A stretch of 64,000 nucleotides of DNA, taken from positions 64,001-128,000 of the forward strand of contig JAYPQH010000017.1 in the NCBI GenBank assembly GCA_038131935.1. Direction: 5' to 3'. Below, piece by piece: positions 55,994 through 64,000 of this stretch. Within the stretch, counting starts at the first letter, position 1, and every line of letters begins with the position of its first letter. Source of the DNA: Alphaproteobacteria bacterium (GTDB lineage: Bacteria; Pseudomonadota; Alphaproteobacteria; UBA8317). Both the position numbers and the translations under genes were made by a program. Under the pieces are notes generated by a model. It searched no databases. It worked only from the letters and a program-made list of their open reading frames with translations, and was not told where the DNA came from.

Positions 55994-56897
55994 TTTACAA
56001 AAATTAGACTTTGGTTCTTTATCCGTTGAGCCAATTGTCGAAATAGCCCACAAGATGATGCCAAAGACATTCTTGTTCGAAACATTAACAAAGGATGAAG
56101 CTTCTGCGAATGCAAATTGGTTGGGTTCAGAACATATTTGTCAAAATAGTTTAAATCTTGGGCTAGCCTTTCGCTCTTATTTGATAAGAGTTCATGGATT
56201 AAATATCTTGGTGGATACCTGCAACGGCAACCATAAGCAGCGCATTGGTGCTGACTGGCAGCATGATTTACGCTCTCAGGCATTCTTACAAAACCTGCAT
56301 TTGGCTGGGTTGCAACCTTCAGATATTCATATTGTCATCTGCACCCATCTACATGGTGACCATGTTGGTTGGAACACAAGGCTTGAAAATGGAAAATGGG
56401 TTCCGACATTTCCTAATGCCCGTTATATCATGAGCAAAATTGAGTATGAAATGCTGTTGGGACTCTTCTCTCCAGATGATCCGACGGCTTTAAATAGAGG
56501 GGCCTTCGCTGACTCAGTGTTGCCTGTTGTTGAGGCTGATCTTGCTGAATTTGTGAGTGGAGATATGTCAGTCGTTCGAGAGCTTGAAGAACATGTCACA
56601 CTCATGCCTACACCAGGGCACACCATAGGTCATATGTGCGTTCGTGCCACAACAAACCGAGAAGACATTGTCGTTGCTGGTGATGCGTTGCATCATGCCA
56701 TCCAACTTGATTTGCCCAAAATGGTCATGCGCGCCGATGCAGACCCCGATAAGGCAAAGAAATCAAGACTGCAGTTGCTTGAGCATTGTGTGGCGGAAAA
56801 TAGCTGGCTTTGTGCCAATCACATCCCCCTAAACCCTTTTAACAAGGTTGTGGCACATAAAGACGTGTTCCGGTTTCAAGGATGGTTGGCCAGTTAA
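55986..56897 (+). CDS. MBL-fold metallo-hydrolase
   Basis: THLHGDHVGWNT, WVPTFPNARY, TPGHT.GH, GDALH. Confidence 0.9.
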   Translation: MNNLQKLDFGSLSVEPIVEIAHKMMPKTFLFETLTKDEASANANWLGSEHICQNSLNLGLAFRSYLIRVHGLNILVDTCNGNHKQRIGADWQHDLRSQAFLQNLHLAGLQPSDIHIVICTHLHGDHVGWNTRLENGKWVPTFPNARYIMSKIEYEMLLGLFSPDDPTALNRGAFADSVLPVVEADLAEFVSGDMSVVRELEEHVTLMPTPGHTIGHMCVRATTNREDIVVAGDALHHAIQLDLPKMVMRADADPDKAKKSRLQLLEHCVAENSWLCANHIPLNPFNKVVAHKDVFRFQGWLAS

Positions 56898-56899
56898 AC

Positions 56900-56928
56900 A
56901 GGCGGTGCTGATATTTCAGCACCACCTT
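56900..56928. terminator. Hairpin between the convergent MBL hydrolase and phaA
   Basis: AGGCGGTGCTGA-TATT-TCAGCACCACCT inverted repeat; the one mismatch is a G-U pair on the minus strand. Confidence 0.6.
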
Positions 56929-56943
56929 AATGGAAATTCTTGT

Positions 56944-58116
56944 TCAACGTTCAAGGCACATAGCAACGCCCATGCCACCGCCGATGCACAAAGTGGCCAA
57001 GCCTTTGTGCGCATCCCTACGTTTCATTTCATGAAGTAGGGTGTTGAGTACGCGGCAACCAGATGCGCCGATAGGATGGCCGATGGCAATAGCGCCGCCA
57101 TTGACGTTAACAATTTCAGGGTTGAGGCCTAGATCTTTGTTCACAGCTGCGGCTTGTGCAGCAAATGCCTCGTTGGCTTCTACCAAATCAAGATCAGAAA
57201 TATTCCAACCTGCACGTTCCAAGGCTTTGCGTGAGGAGGGAATAGGGCCAGTACCCATGATAGCAGGATCAACACCAACTGTTGCGAATGATGCAATACG
57301 TGCCAAGGGCGTGAGATTTCGTTTAACGGCTTCCTCTTCTCGCATCAAAACCACAACCGCTGCGCCGTCATTAATGCCTGATGCGTTGCCTGCGGTCACA
57401 CTTCCATCTTTATCAAATGCAGGACGTAGTTTTGCAAGTGCTTCAATCGTCGCCCCATGTCGAATATATTCGTCATGTTCGACAATGATTTCATCTTTAC
57501 GGGTCTTGATTGTGACAGGGGCAATTTCGTCAACAAAACGCCCAGCTTTTTGTGCAGCCTCAGCTCGGTTCTGTGAGCGAAGTGCAAATTCATCTTGCTG
57601 CTCACGCGTAATGTCATACTTTTTGGCAACATTTTCGGCAGTGTTACCCATATGATAACCATGGAATGCGTCCCAAAGGCCATCTTTAATCATGGTATCT
57701 ATGAGTTTTACATCACCCATTTTATAACCAGCACGAAGTGTTTGTGCATGCGGGGACATGGTCATGTTTTCCTGTCCGCCCGCAACAATAATATCTGCCT
57801 CGCCGGTTAAGAGATGTTGGGCGCCCAAGCTAACAGCGCGTAATCCCGAACCACAAACTTGGTTGATAATCATGGCGGTAGATTCTTGCGAAAATCCAGC
57901 TGCTATGCTCGCTTGACGGGCTGGGTTTTGACCTTGTGCAGTTGTTAACACTTGTCCCAAAATAGCCTGATCTACCTCTGTAGGATCTATAGATGCCTCT
58001 GCAAGTGCTGCTGACATGGCTGTAGCACCGAGCACGTGGGCTGGGGTGTTGGCAAATGCACCATTGAAACTTCCAACAGGAGTTCTCTTCGCGGCGACAA
58101 TAACAATATTGGTCAT
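56944..58116 (-). CDS. phaA: Acetyl-CoA C-acetyltransferase (beta-ketothiolase)
   Basis: NQVCGSG, NASGINDGAA, NEAFAAQ, GHPIGASG, LCIGGGMG. Confidence 0.92.
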   Translation of the reverse strand: MTNIVIVAAKRTPVGSFNGAFANTPAHVLGATAMSAALAEASIDPTEVDQAILGQVLTTAQGQNPARQASIAAGFSQESTAMIINQVCGSGLRAVSLGAQHLLTGEADIIVAGGQENMTMSPHAQTLRAGYKMGDVKLIDTMIKDGLWDAFHGYHMGNTAENVAKKYDITREQQDEFALRSQNRAEAAQKAGRFVDEIAPVTIKTRKDEIIVEHDEYIRHGATIEALAKLRPAFDKDGSVTAGNASGINDGAAVVVLMREEEAVKRNLTPLARIASFATVGVDPAIMGTGPIPSSRKALERAGWNISDLDLVEANEAFAAQAAAVNKDLGLNPEIVNVNGGAIAIGHPIGASGCRVLNTLLHEMKRRDAHKGLATLCIGGGMGVAMCLER

Positions 58117-58191
58117 AAAATAGTCCTTTCGGCTAAATTGCTGATAGAAATTTGACTTAGCATGGAACAGATTAAGGATCCCGTCCACTCA

Positions 58192-58212
58192 TTTTGCTGC
58201 ACTGCGCAAAAA
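58192..58212. promoter_or_regulatory. Putative PhaR operator upstream of phaA
   Basis: TTTTGCTGCACTGCGCAAAAA; 18 of 20 positions match the phasin upstream site. Confidence 0.65.
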
Positions 58213-58234
58213 TACCATTTTTGTCTTCCCGAGG

Positions 58235-59107
58235 TTATGGCCATTTCACTTCAGGTGGCATTGACATCAAGATAGCGTCAACGTTCCCGTTGGTCTTGAG
58301 TCCAAATAAAGTGCCTCGATCATGAATTAAATTGAATTCTACGTAACGGCCCCTGCGGATTAGCTGATGCTCTCTTTCTTCTTCAGTCCAATTGTCATGC
58401 ATATGTCTGCGCACAATTTCAGGATAAACTGATAAAAATGTCTTTCCAACATCTTGCGTGAATTGAAAATGTTGTTGAAATACATCCGCTGTTGGGGTTT
58501 CAAGATAATCGTAGAAAATGCCTCCAATTCCTCGCGGTTCGTTTCTATGGGGCAAATAGAAATACTCGTCACACCATTTCTTGAAACGCGAGTAATAATC
58601 CGGATTATGAAGGTCGCAGGTGTTCTTGAAGGCGTCATGAAAGGTTTTTGTGTCGTTTGCATCTTCAACCATGGGTGTGAGGTCAGCACCGCCTCCAAAC
58701 CAAGATTTTTGAGTTACTATATGGCGTGTGTTCATATGAACTGCTGGGACTTTCGGCGAACGCATGTGCGCAACAAGTGAAATACCGGAAGCCCAAAAAG
58801 ATGGATCTTGATCAGCGCCAGGTATCTGTTTGGCAAATTCAGGTGAAAAATTTCCATAAACTGTTGAGATATTCACCCCAACTTTTTCAAAAACACGGCC
58901 ACGCATGACCGACATCTCTCCCCCGCCGGTATCTTGACCTTGGTCTTGGGGTCTCGACCAAGCCGTGCGTTCAAATTGACCCGGGGGAAGTTCACTATGC
59001 TTGCCTGATGTTAGTTCGTTTTCAATTGCTTCAAAACTTGCGCATATTTGATTGCGTAACTCGCGAAACCAATCAGACGCAATTTTTTTTTGATCTAAGT
59101 TTTCCAT
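58235..59107 (-). CDS. hemF: Oxygen-dependent coproporphyrinogen III oxidase
   Basis: [49 protein letters not shown]. Confidence 0.97.
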   Translation of the reverse strand: MENLDQKKIASDWFRELRNQICASFEAIENELTSGKHSELPPGQFERTAWSRPQDQGQDTGGGEMSVMRGRVFEKVGVNISTVYGNFSPEFAKQIPGADQDPSFWASGISLVAHMRSPKVPAVHMNTRHIVTQKSWFGGGADLTPMVEDANDTKTFHDAFKNTCDLHNPDYYSRFKKWCDEYFYLPHRNEPRGIGGIFYDYLETPTADVFQQHFQFTQDVGKTFLSVYPEIVRRHMHDNWTEEEREHQLIRRGRYVEFNLIHDRGTLFGLKTNGNVDAILMSMPPEVKWP

Positions 59108-59122
59108 GCTCTTCAGTCCTTG

Positions 59123-59614
59123 TTATTGTTTTTGAATCCATGTTGTCTGGCGTAAAGCTTCTCCTAACACCATGGATGCAGCAATAGCTACGTTCAATGA
59201 CCTTGCGTTTGATGCCATGGGAATTTTTATGTGACAATCACACCTTTGGGCGAATAATGGCGGCACACCCGCGCTTTCACGTCCGACAATTAAGATATCC
59301 GAGGGTCTGAATTCTATCTCCCGATAATCGACCTCCGCTTTTGTCGTTAAAAGGATGGTCCTTCCTGGGACTTTATCTCCCCAAAAAATATCTTCTGATT
59401 CATGAATCGTGATGTGGGCTAAGTCAATATAATCCATGGCCGAGCGGCGCAATTTTTCCCGAGACAATGGAAATGCACAAGGCTTGATGATATCTAAAGC
59501 AACATTCAGGCAAGCTGATGTACGTATCAAAGTGCCTAAATTTTGTGGGATATCAGGGCGATATAGGCATAATCTCAAATGATGGCTCCTGCTTCTTCTG
59601 GTCGCGGTTAGCAT
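59123..59614 (-). CDS. trmL: tRNA (cytidine(34)-2'-O)-methyltransferase
   Basis: PDIPQNLG, RRSAMDY, GRESAG, IPM...RSLNVA SPOUT motifs; start codon uncertain. Confidence 0.9.
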   Translation of the reverse strand: MLTATRRSRSHHLRLCLYRPDIPQNLGTLIRTSACLNVALDIIKPCAFPLSREKLRRSAMDYIDLAHITIHESEDIFWGDKVPGRTILLTTKAEVDYREIEFRPSDILIVGRESAGVPPLFAQRCDCHIKIPMASNARSLNVAIAASMVLGEALRQTTWIQKQ

Positions 59615-59726
59615 ATCTAGTCATAAACAATTTCTGCAACATCTAGATTACTGTTTCATTCTGGGTTAAGGCGACTCACAAAGGTTTCGATACATTTTGG
59701 TTTTTTTGAAAGAAGGTAAGGTTATC

Positions 59727-60281
59727 GTGTCAAGTTCAGCAGTAGACAAACAAGAGGGTGAAGGCGGTACACGCCGGGATTTTCTTTATGTTGCAACAGC
59801 GAGTTTTGGTGCAGTTGGAGCAGCTGGTGTGGTATGGCCACTTGTGGATCAAATGAATCCAGATCGTTCTGTTCTCGCTCTTGCGTCAACAGAGGTCGAT
59901 CTCTCTCCTATAGAGGAAGGGCAAGCTGTGACAGTGACATGGCGAGGCAAACCAGTATTCATTCGCAACCGCTCTGCGGAAGAAATTGAAAAAGCTCAAA
60001 CGGTAGACCTAAGTGAATTGCGTGATCCTCAAACAGATGCCGAGCGAACAAAAGAAGGTCATGAAAATTGGCTTGTGCAGCTTGGGGTTTGCACCCATTT
60101 GGGATGCGTGCCGCTAGGACAAAACCCATCAGATAGTAAGGGCGATTATGATGGTTGGTTCTGCCCCTGTCATGGCTCGCATTATGATACCTCTGGTCGT
60201 ATCAGGAAGGGTCCAGCACCCGCAAATCTTGAGATTCCACCGTTCGCGTTCTTGAACGACGAAACAATTAAGATTGGTTAA
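59727..60281 (+). CDS. petA: Cytochrome bc1 Rieske Fe-S subunit
   Basis: Tat motif TRRDFL, CTHLGC, CPCHGS, GPAP.NL. Confidence 0.97.
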   Translation: MSSSAVDKQEGEGGTRRDFLYVATASFGAVGAAGVVWPLVDQMNPDRSVLALASTEVDLSPIEEGQAVTVTWRGKPVFIRNRSAEEIEKAQTVDLSELRDPQTDAERTKEGHENWLVQLGVCTHLGCVPLGQNPSDSKGDYDGWFCPCHGSHYDTSGRIRKGPAPANLEIPPFAFLNDETIKIG

Positions 60282-60291
60282 GGAGACAAAA

Positions 60292-61538
60292 ATGTCAGGT
60301 CACGGTTCTCAATACACGCCGGATGGCAAGATTGCTCGATGGGTAGAGCAACGCCTTCCCATATTTTCTTTACTAAATGATCAAGTGAATACATTTCCAA
60401 CACCAAAAAACCTCAATTATTGGTACACATTTGGTGGTATTCTATCCTTCATGCTTATGGTTCAAATCATTACTGGTATTGTATTGGTGATGCATTATAC
60501 ACCACATGTAGATCACGCGTTTTTTTCCGTGGAAAAGATTATGCGTGATGTGAATTACGGTTGGTTGATACGCTATTTACATGCGAATGGCGCCTCCATG
60601 TTTTTCATAGCCGTCTATATTCATATGTTCCGTGGACTTTATTACGGTTCATATAAGGAACCCAGAGAGATCCTTTGGATTATTGGTGTTCTTATATTGT
60701 TGGTGATGATGGCGACCGCTTTCATGGGGTATGTTTTACCTGGGGCCAAATGAGTTTCTGGGGAGCTACTGTGATCACCAACTTGTTCTCAGCTATTCCG
60801 GTGGTAGGGGAGGATATTGTGGTCTGGTTATGGGGCGGATTTTCCGTTGGTAATCCGACCTTGAATCGTTTCTTCTCACTACATTACTTGCTGCCTTTTG
60901 CACTTGCTGGCCTTGTGTTCTTGCATATTTGGGCATTGCATGTTCCTGGTAATAACAACCCACTTGGTGTCGACGTGAAAACCAAAGGTGACACCGTGCC
61001 TTTCCATCCTTACTACACCGTGAAGGATGCATTTGCTTTGGTTGTCTTTGCTATCTTCTTTGGTGCATTTGTTTTCTATGCACCAAATTACTTAGGACAT
61101 CCTGACAACTACATCCCTGCAAATCCAATGGTGACACCATCACACATCGTTCCTGAGTGGTATTTCTTGCCATTCTACGCAATTTTGCGCGCCGTGCCTG
61201 ATAAGCTTGGTGGTGTTTTGTTGATGTTTGGCGCAATCGCTGTTTTGTTCATCATTCCTTGGTTAGATACCTCAAAGGTTCGTTCGTCAAAATTCCGCCC
61301 AATTTACAAACAATTTTTCTGGGTTTTGGCGGCTGATTGTGTGCTCCTAGGCATCGTGGGTGCAAAGCCTGCGGAAGGTGTGTGGTTGGTAATCGGTCGG
61401 GTTGCAACAATCTATTACTTCGCACATTTTTTGATCATCATGCCTTTGGTAGGTCTTCTCGAACGGCCCAAGCCGTTACCAAAGTCAATTTCTGAGGCGG
61501 TTTTATCCAAAAACACCTCAACTGTTCCAGCTGAGTGA
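60292..61538 (+). CDS. petB: Cytochrome b (apparent frameshift at ~60741)
   Basis: [14 protein letters not shown][W][17 protein letters not shown]. One base is missing at cct/tgg. Confidence 0.97.
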
Positions 61539-61545
61539 GGGAAAA

Positions 61546-62370
61546 ATGAAATATCTAACGTTAACATCCCTTGCTGTTCTGCTTTCTTTTGGAGGAATGG
61601 TAGACTACGGACATGCTGCAGGTGGTGGCGCACATGAAGCCAAAGAGGTCGATTACTCTTTTGAAGGGCCCCTAGGTCATTTTGATAAGGCACAGTTGCA
61701 GCGTGGCTACCAAGTCTATCGCGAAGTTTGCTCAGCGTGTCACTCCATGGAATTGATGTATTTTCGAAACTTAGGAGAGGCCGGAGGCCCAGGGTTTTCT
61801 GAAGAGCAGGTCAAAGCCATAGCTGCTGAATATACGGTTATGGATGGGCCTGATAGCGAAGGTGAAATGTTTGAGCGTCCAGCACGTCCATCAGATCATT
61901 TTGTCTCACCTTTTCCCAACCCCCAAGCTGCAATGTCAGCAAATGGTGGCGCTTATCCAACAGACTTATCACTGATTACAAAAGCGCGTGTGGGTTATCA
62001 TGGAACCTTCAAGCAGCTTGTTGAAGGTGTGGGTGGGCCTGAGTATGTATATTCTGTGCTTACCGGTTTTGAAGACGCGCCTGAAGGGAAAGAAGGTCCC
62101 GATGGGAAATATTACAACCCCTATTTTGCGGCAGGCCCTTGGATATCTATGGCGGCACCACTTTACGATGATGCGGTTGAATATGCTGATGGAACAGAGG
62201 CGTCTGTTGACCAGATGGCAAAAGATGTATCGGCATTTTTGGCTTGGTCAGCGGAGCCCAAAATGGTTGAGCGTAAGGAGACTGGCTTACGGGTAATGAT
62301 TTTCTTAATTATCTTTGCCGGCCTTTTGTATGCTAGTTACAAGCGCCTTTGGCGGAATATAGACCATTAA
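61546..62370 (+). CDS. petC: Cytochrome c1
   Basis: LQRGYQVY.EVCSACH heme motif, C-terminal TM anchor. Confidence 0.97.
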   Translation: MKYLTLTSLAVLLSFGGMVDYGHAAGGGAHEAKEVDYSFEGPLGHFDKAQLQRGYQVYREVCSACHSMELMYFRNLGEAGGPGFSEEQVKAIAAEYTVMDGPDSEGEMFERPARPSDHFVSPFPNPQAAMSANGGAYPTDLSLITKARVGYHGTFKQLVEGVGGPEYVYSVLTGFEDAPEGKEGPDGKYYNPYFAAGPWISMAAPLYDDAVEYADGTEASVDQMAKDVSAFLAWSAEPKMVERKETGLRVMIFLIIFAGLLYASYKRLWRNIDH

Positions 62371-62384
62371 TTGGAGACCTAGTT

Positions 62385-63242
62385 TTGTCTCGATTGGCAA
62401 TTATTGGTGGCTCAGGACTGTCTCGTATCCCAGGTGTTGGTGATGTTGTTTCATTCAGTCCTGAGCCAACTGCTTGGGGGCAGCCAAACGCTGCCTTCTC
62501 CATGTCAGAAGCGGGTGACATCATCTTCATGTCACGCCATGGTAAAGGTCACCAAATCACACCTGATGAAATCAACTATCGTGCGAATATTGCGGCATTG
62601 AAGGCGCTTGGGGTAACCCAAATTGTTTCCATGTCAGCGGTAGGTGGACTCGTAGAAGAAGCGTCACCAGGGACATTGGTAATGGTCGACCAATTCATTG
62701 ATCGGACCGTTTCTCGTAAACCGAGTTTTTTTGGTGAGGGAATTGTTGCGCATGTTTCCCTCGCGGATCCGACGTGTAAGAGTTTACGTCAGAGCCTCTT
62801 GAGTGCCGCGGATGAAGCTGGGGTCTCTTGCTTGGCGGCAGGTACATACCTTGCCATGGAGGGACCACAGTTTTCTACACGTGCAGAAAGTGTATTATAC
62901 CGCTCATGGGGAGCTTCCGTCATTGGCATGACCAATATGCCAGAGGCACGGCTCGCCCGTGAGGCGGAGATTTGCTATCAAACTGTTGCAATGGTAACGG
63001 ATTACGATGCTTGGAGGCCTGTTGAAGAGGTCGTGAGCGTGGAGGCCGTGCTCCGTGTCCTTGAAAAAAATGCGTTGACAGCCAAAAAACTGTTAGAAAT
63101 TTTTCTGCAAAGTCACCATCAGGATATATGTCATGAGGGCTGTCGACACGCCTTGGATCACGCCGTTATTACAGATCCTGGATCTTGGCCACAACCTACT
63201 GTTGCGAAGCTTTCCGAAATAGCACCTAGGATATTTTCCTGA
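62385..63242 (+). CDS. mtnP: S-methyl-5'-thioadenosine phosphorylase
   Basis: IIGGSG, RHG, NYRANI, EGPQFSTRAES, GMT.MPEA.LAREAEI, VTDYD; TTG start after GGAG. Confidence 0.93.
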   Translation: MSRLAIIGGSGLSRIPGVGDVVSFSPEPTAWGQPNAAFSMSEAGDIIFMSRHGKGHQITPDEINYRANIAALKALGVTQIVSMSAVGGLVEEASPGTLVMVDQFIDRTVSRKPSFFGEGIVAHVSLADPTCKSLRQSLLSAADEAGVSCLAAGTYLAMEGPQFSTRAESVLYRSWGASVIGMTNMPEARLAREAEICYQTVAMVTDYDAWRPVEEVVSVEAVLRVLEKNALTAKKLLEIFLQSHHQDICHEGCRHALDHAVITDPGSWPQPTVAKLSEIAPRIFS

Positions 63243-63769
63243 TGGATTTAACAAAGCATATTACGACAATTCCAGATTATCCAAAACCAGGCATTATGTT
63301 TCGAGATGTGACATCACTGATGCATAATGATGCTGCATTTGGTGTCTGTATTGAGCGAATGGCGGAAGGTTGTTTGAACAAAAACATCTCCAAAATAGTT
63401 GGTATTGAGGCACGTGGCTTTATTTTTGGTGCAGCTTTGGCAAAACATATGGGTAAAGGTTTTGTTCCTATTCGGAAGAAAGGTAAATTGCCACGAGCCG
63501 TTTTCTCCGCAACTTATGATCTGGAATATGGCACCGATACTTTGGAATTGCACCAAGACGCCCTCGATCCAGGTGATAAAGTCATTGTTGTTGATGACTT
63601 GATTGCAACAGGTGGAACTGCAAAAGCCGCGGGTCAGTTATTGGAGAGGTTGGGGGTAGATATTGTCTCATTCTTATTCGTTATTGATTTACCTGATTTA
63701 GGTGGAGCAGAGAACTTACGCACCTTGGGTTTTCCTGTTTCCTCATTAATTTCTTTTCCAGGGCACTGA
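63242..63769 (+). CDS. apt: Adenine phosphoribosyltransferase
   Basis: PDYPKPGI.FRD, EARGF, RKKGKLP, LEYG, VDDLIATGGT. Confidence 0.97.
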   Translation: MDLTKHITTIPDYPKPGIMFRDVTSLMHNDAAFGVCIERMAEGCLNKNISKIVGIEARGFIFGAALAKHMGKGFVPIRKKGKLPRAVFSATYDLEYGTDTLELHQDALDPGDKVIVVDDLIATGGTAKAAGQLLERLGVDIVSFLFVIDLPDLGGAENLRTLGFPVSSLISFPGH

Positions 63770-63771
63770 TC

Positions 63772-64000
63772 ATGAAGATTGCAGGTCAACGCACCAGATC
63801 TGTTTGGAAAAGCGAGGCTGGACATATCCAAGTTTTTGATCAACGAAAGTTACCATTTGCTGTTGAAATATTTACACTTTCCAGTTGTGCCGATGCTGAA
63901 TTTGCTATTTCTGAAATGGTGGTTCGGGGAGCGCCTTTAATTGGGATTACGGCTGCTTTTGGTCTTGCCCTACAAGCTCAAGAAGATCCAAGTTGGGAGG
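63772..64000 (+). CDS. mtnA: Methylthioribose-1-phosphate isomerase (3'-partial)
   Basis: Hand translation MKIAG...DQRKLP...AISEMVVRGAPLIG..AAFG; runs off the window end. Confidence 0.9.
   Translation, partial: MKIAGQRTRSVWKSEAGHIQVFDQRKLPFAVEIFTLSSCADAEFAISEMVVRGAPLIGITAAFGLALQAQEDPSWE

Noticed and set aside
50421-56943. tRNA-Gln as attachment site of an integrative element
   Set aside because: No integrase and no duplicated tRNA 3' end visible near 56900 or within the block.
57041-57655. 204-aa antisense ORF in phaA and similar shadow ORFs (e.g. 15870-16394, 1776-2255, 52569-53006)
   Set aside because: They lie mostly or wholly opposite conserved genes and have no motifs; expected from codon bias.

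Overview
A gene-dense core-genome segment (roughly 45% GC by eye) of an alphaproteobacterium. The assignment rests on gene order (secY-adk-rpsM-rpsK-rpoA-rplQ without rpsD, rluC-HAD-ATP12, mipZ, phasin-clpSA, folK-rpoZ-rsh, glyQS-ppdK, petABC). The window holds the end of the spc/alpha ribosomal operons, pccBA, lipB, mgtE, panC, mipZ, galU-ugd, clpSA, rsh, pyrE, glyQS, ppdK, meaB, nadA/nadC, phaA, hemF, petABC and mtnP-apt-mtnA, plus tRNA-Leu(GAG) and tRNA-Gln(TTG). Twelve genes, including essential ones (adk, petB), are split by 1-bp indels in short base runs, and rplX carries a compensated indel pair. This is most likely long-read assembly error rather than real pseudogenisation. I saw no transposase, integrase, prophage, CRISPR array or rRNA. 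The best leads are: (i) a 6.3-kb block beside tRNA-Gln with a TAXI-TRAP transporter, an SCP2-like protein/alpha-beta hydrolase pair, an old yellow enzyme and an MBL hydrolase, possibly an uncharacterised uptake-and-degradation pathway; (ii) a shared PhaR-like operator in front of the phasin gene, phaA and ppdK; (iii) a nadA-nadC operon with no nadB and an altered NadA active-site motif. None of these is shown to be novel without database searches.
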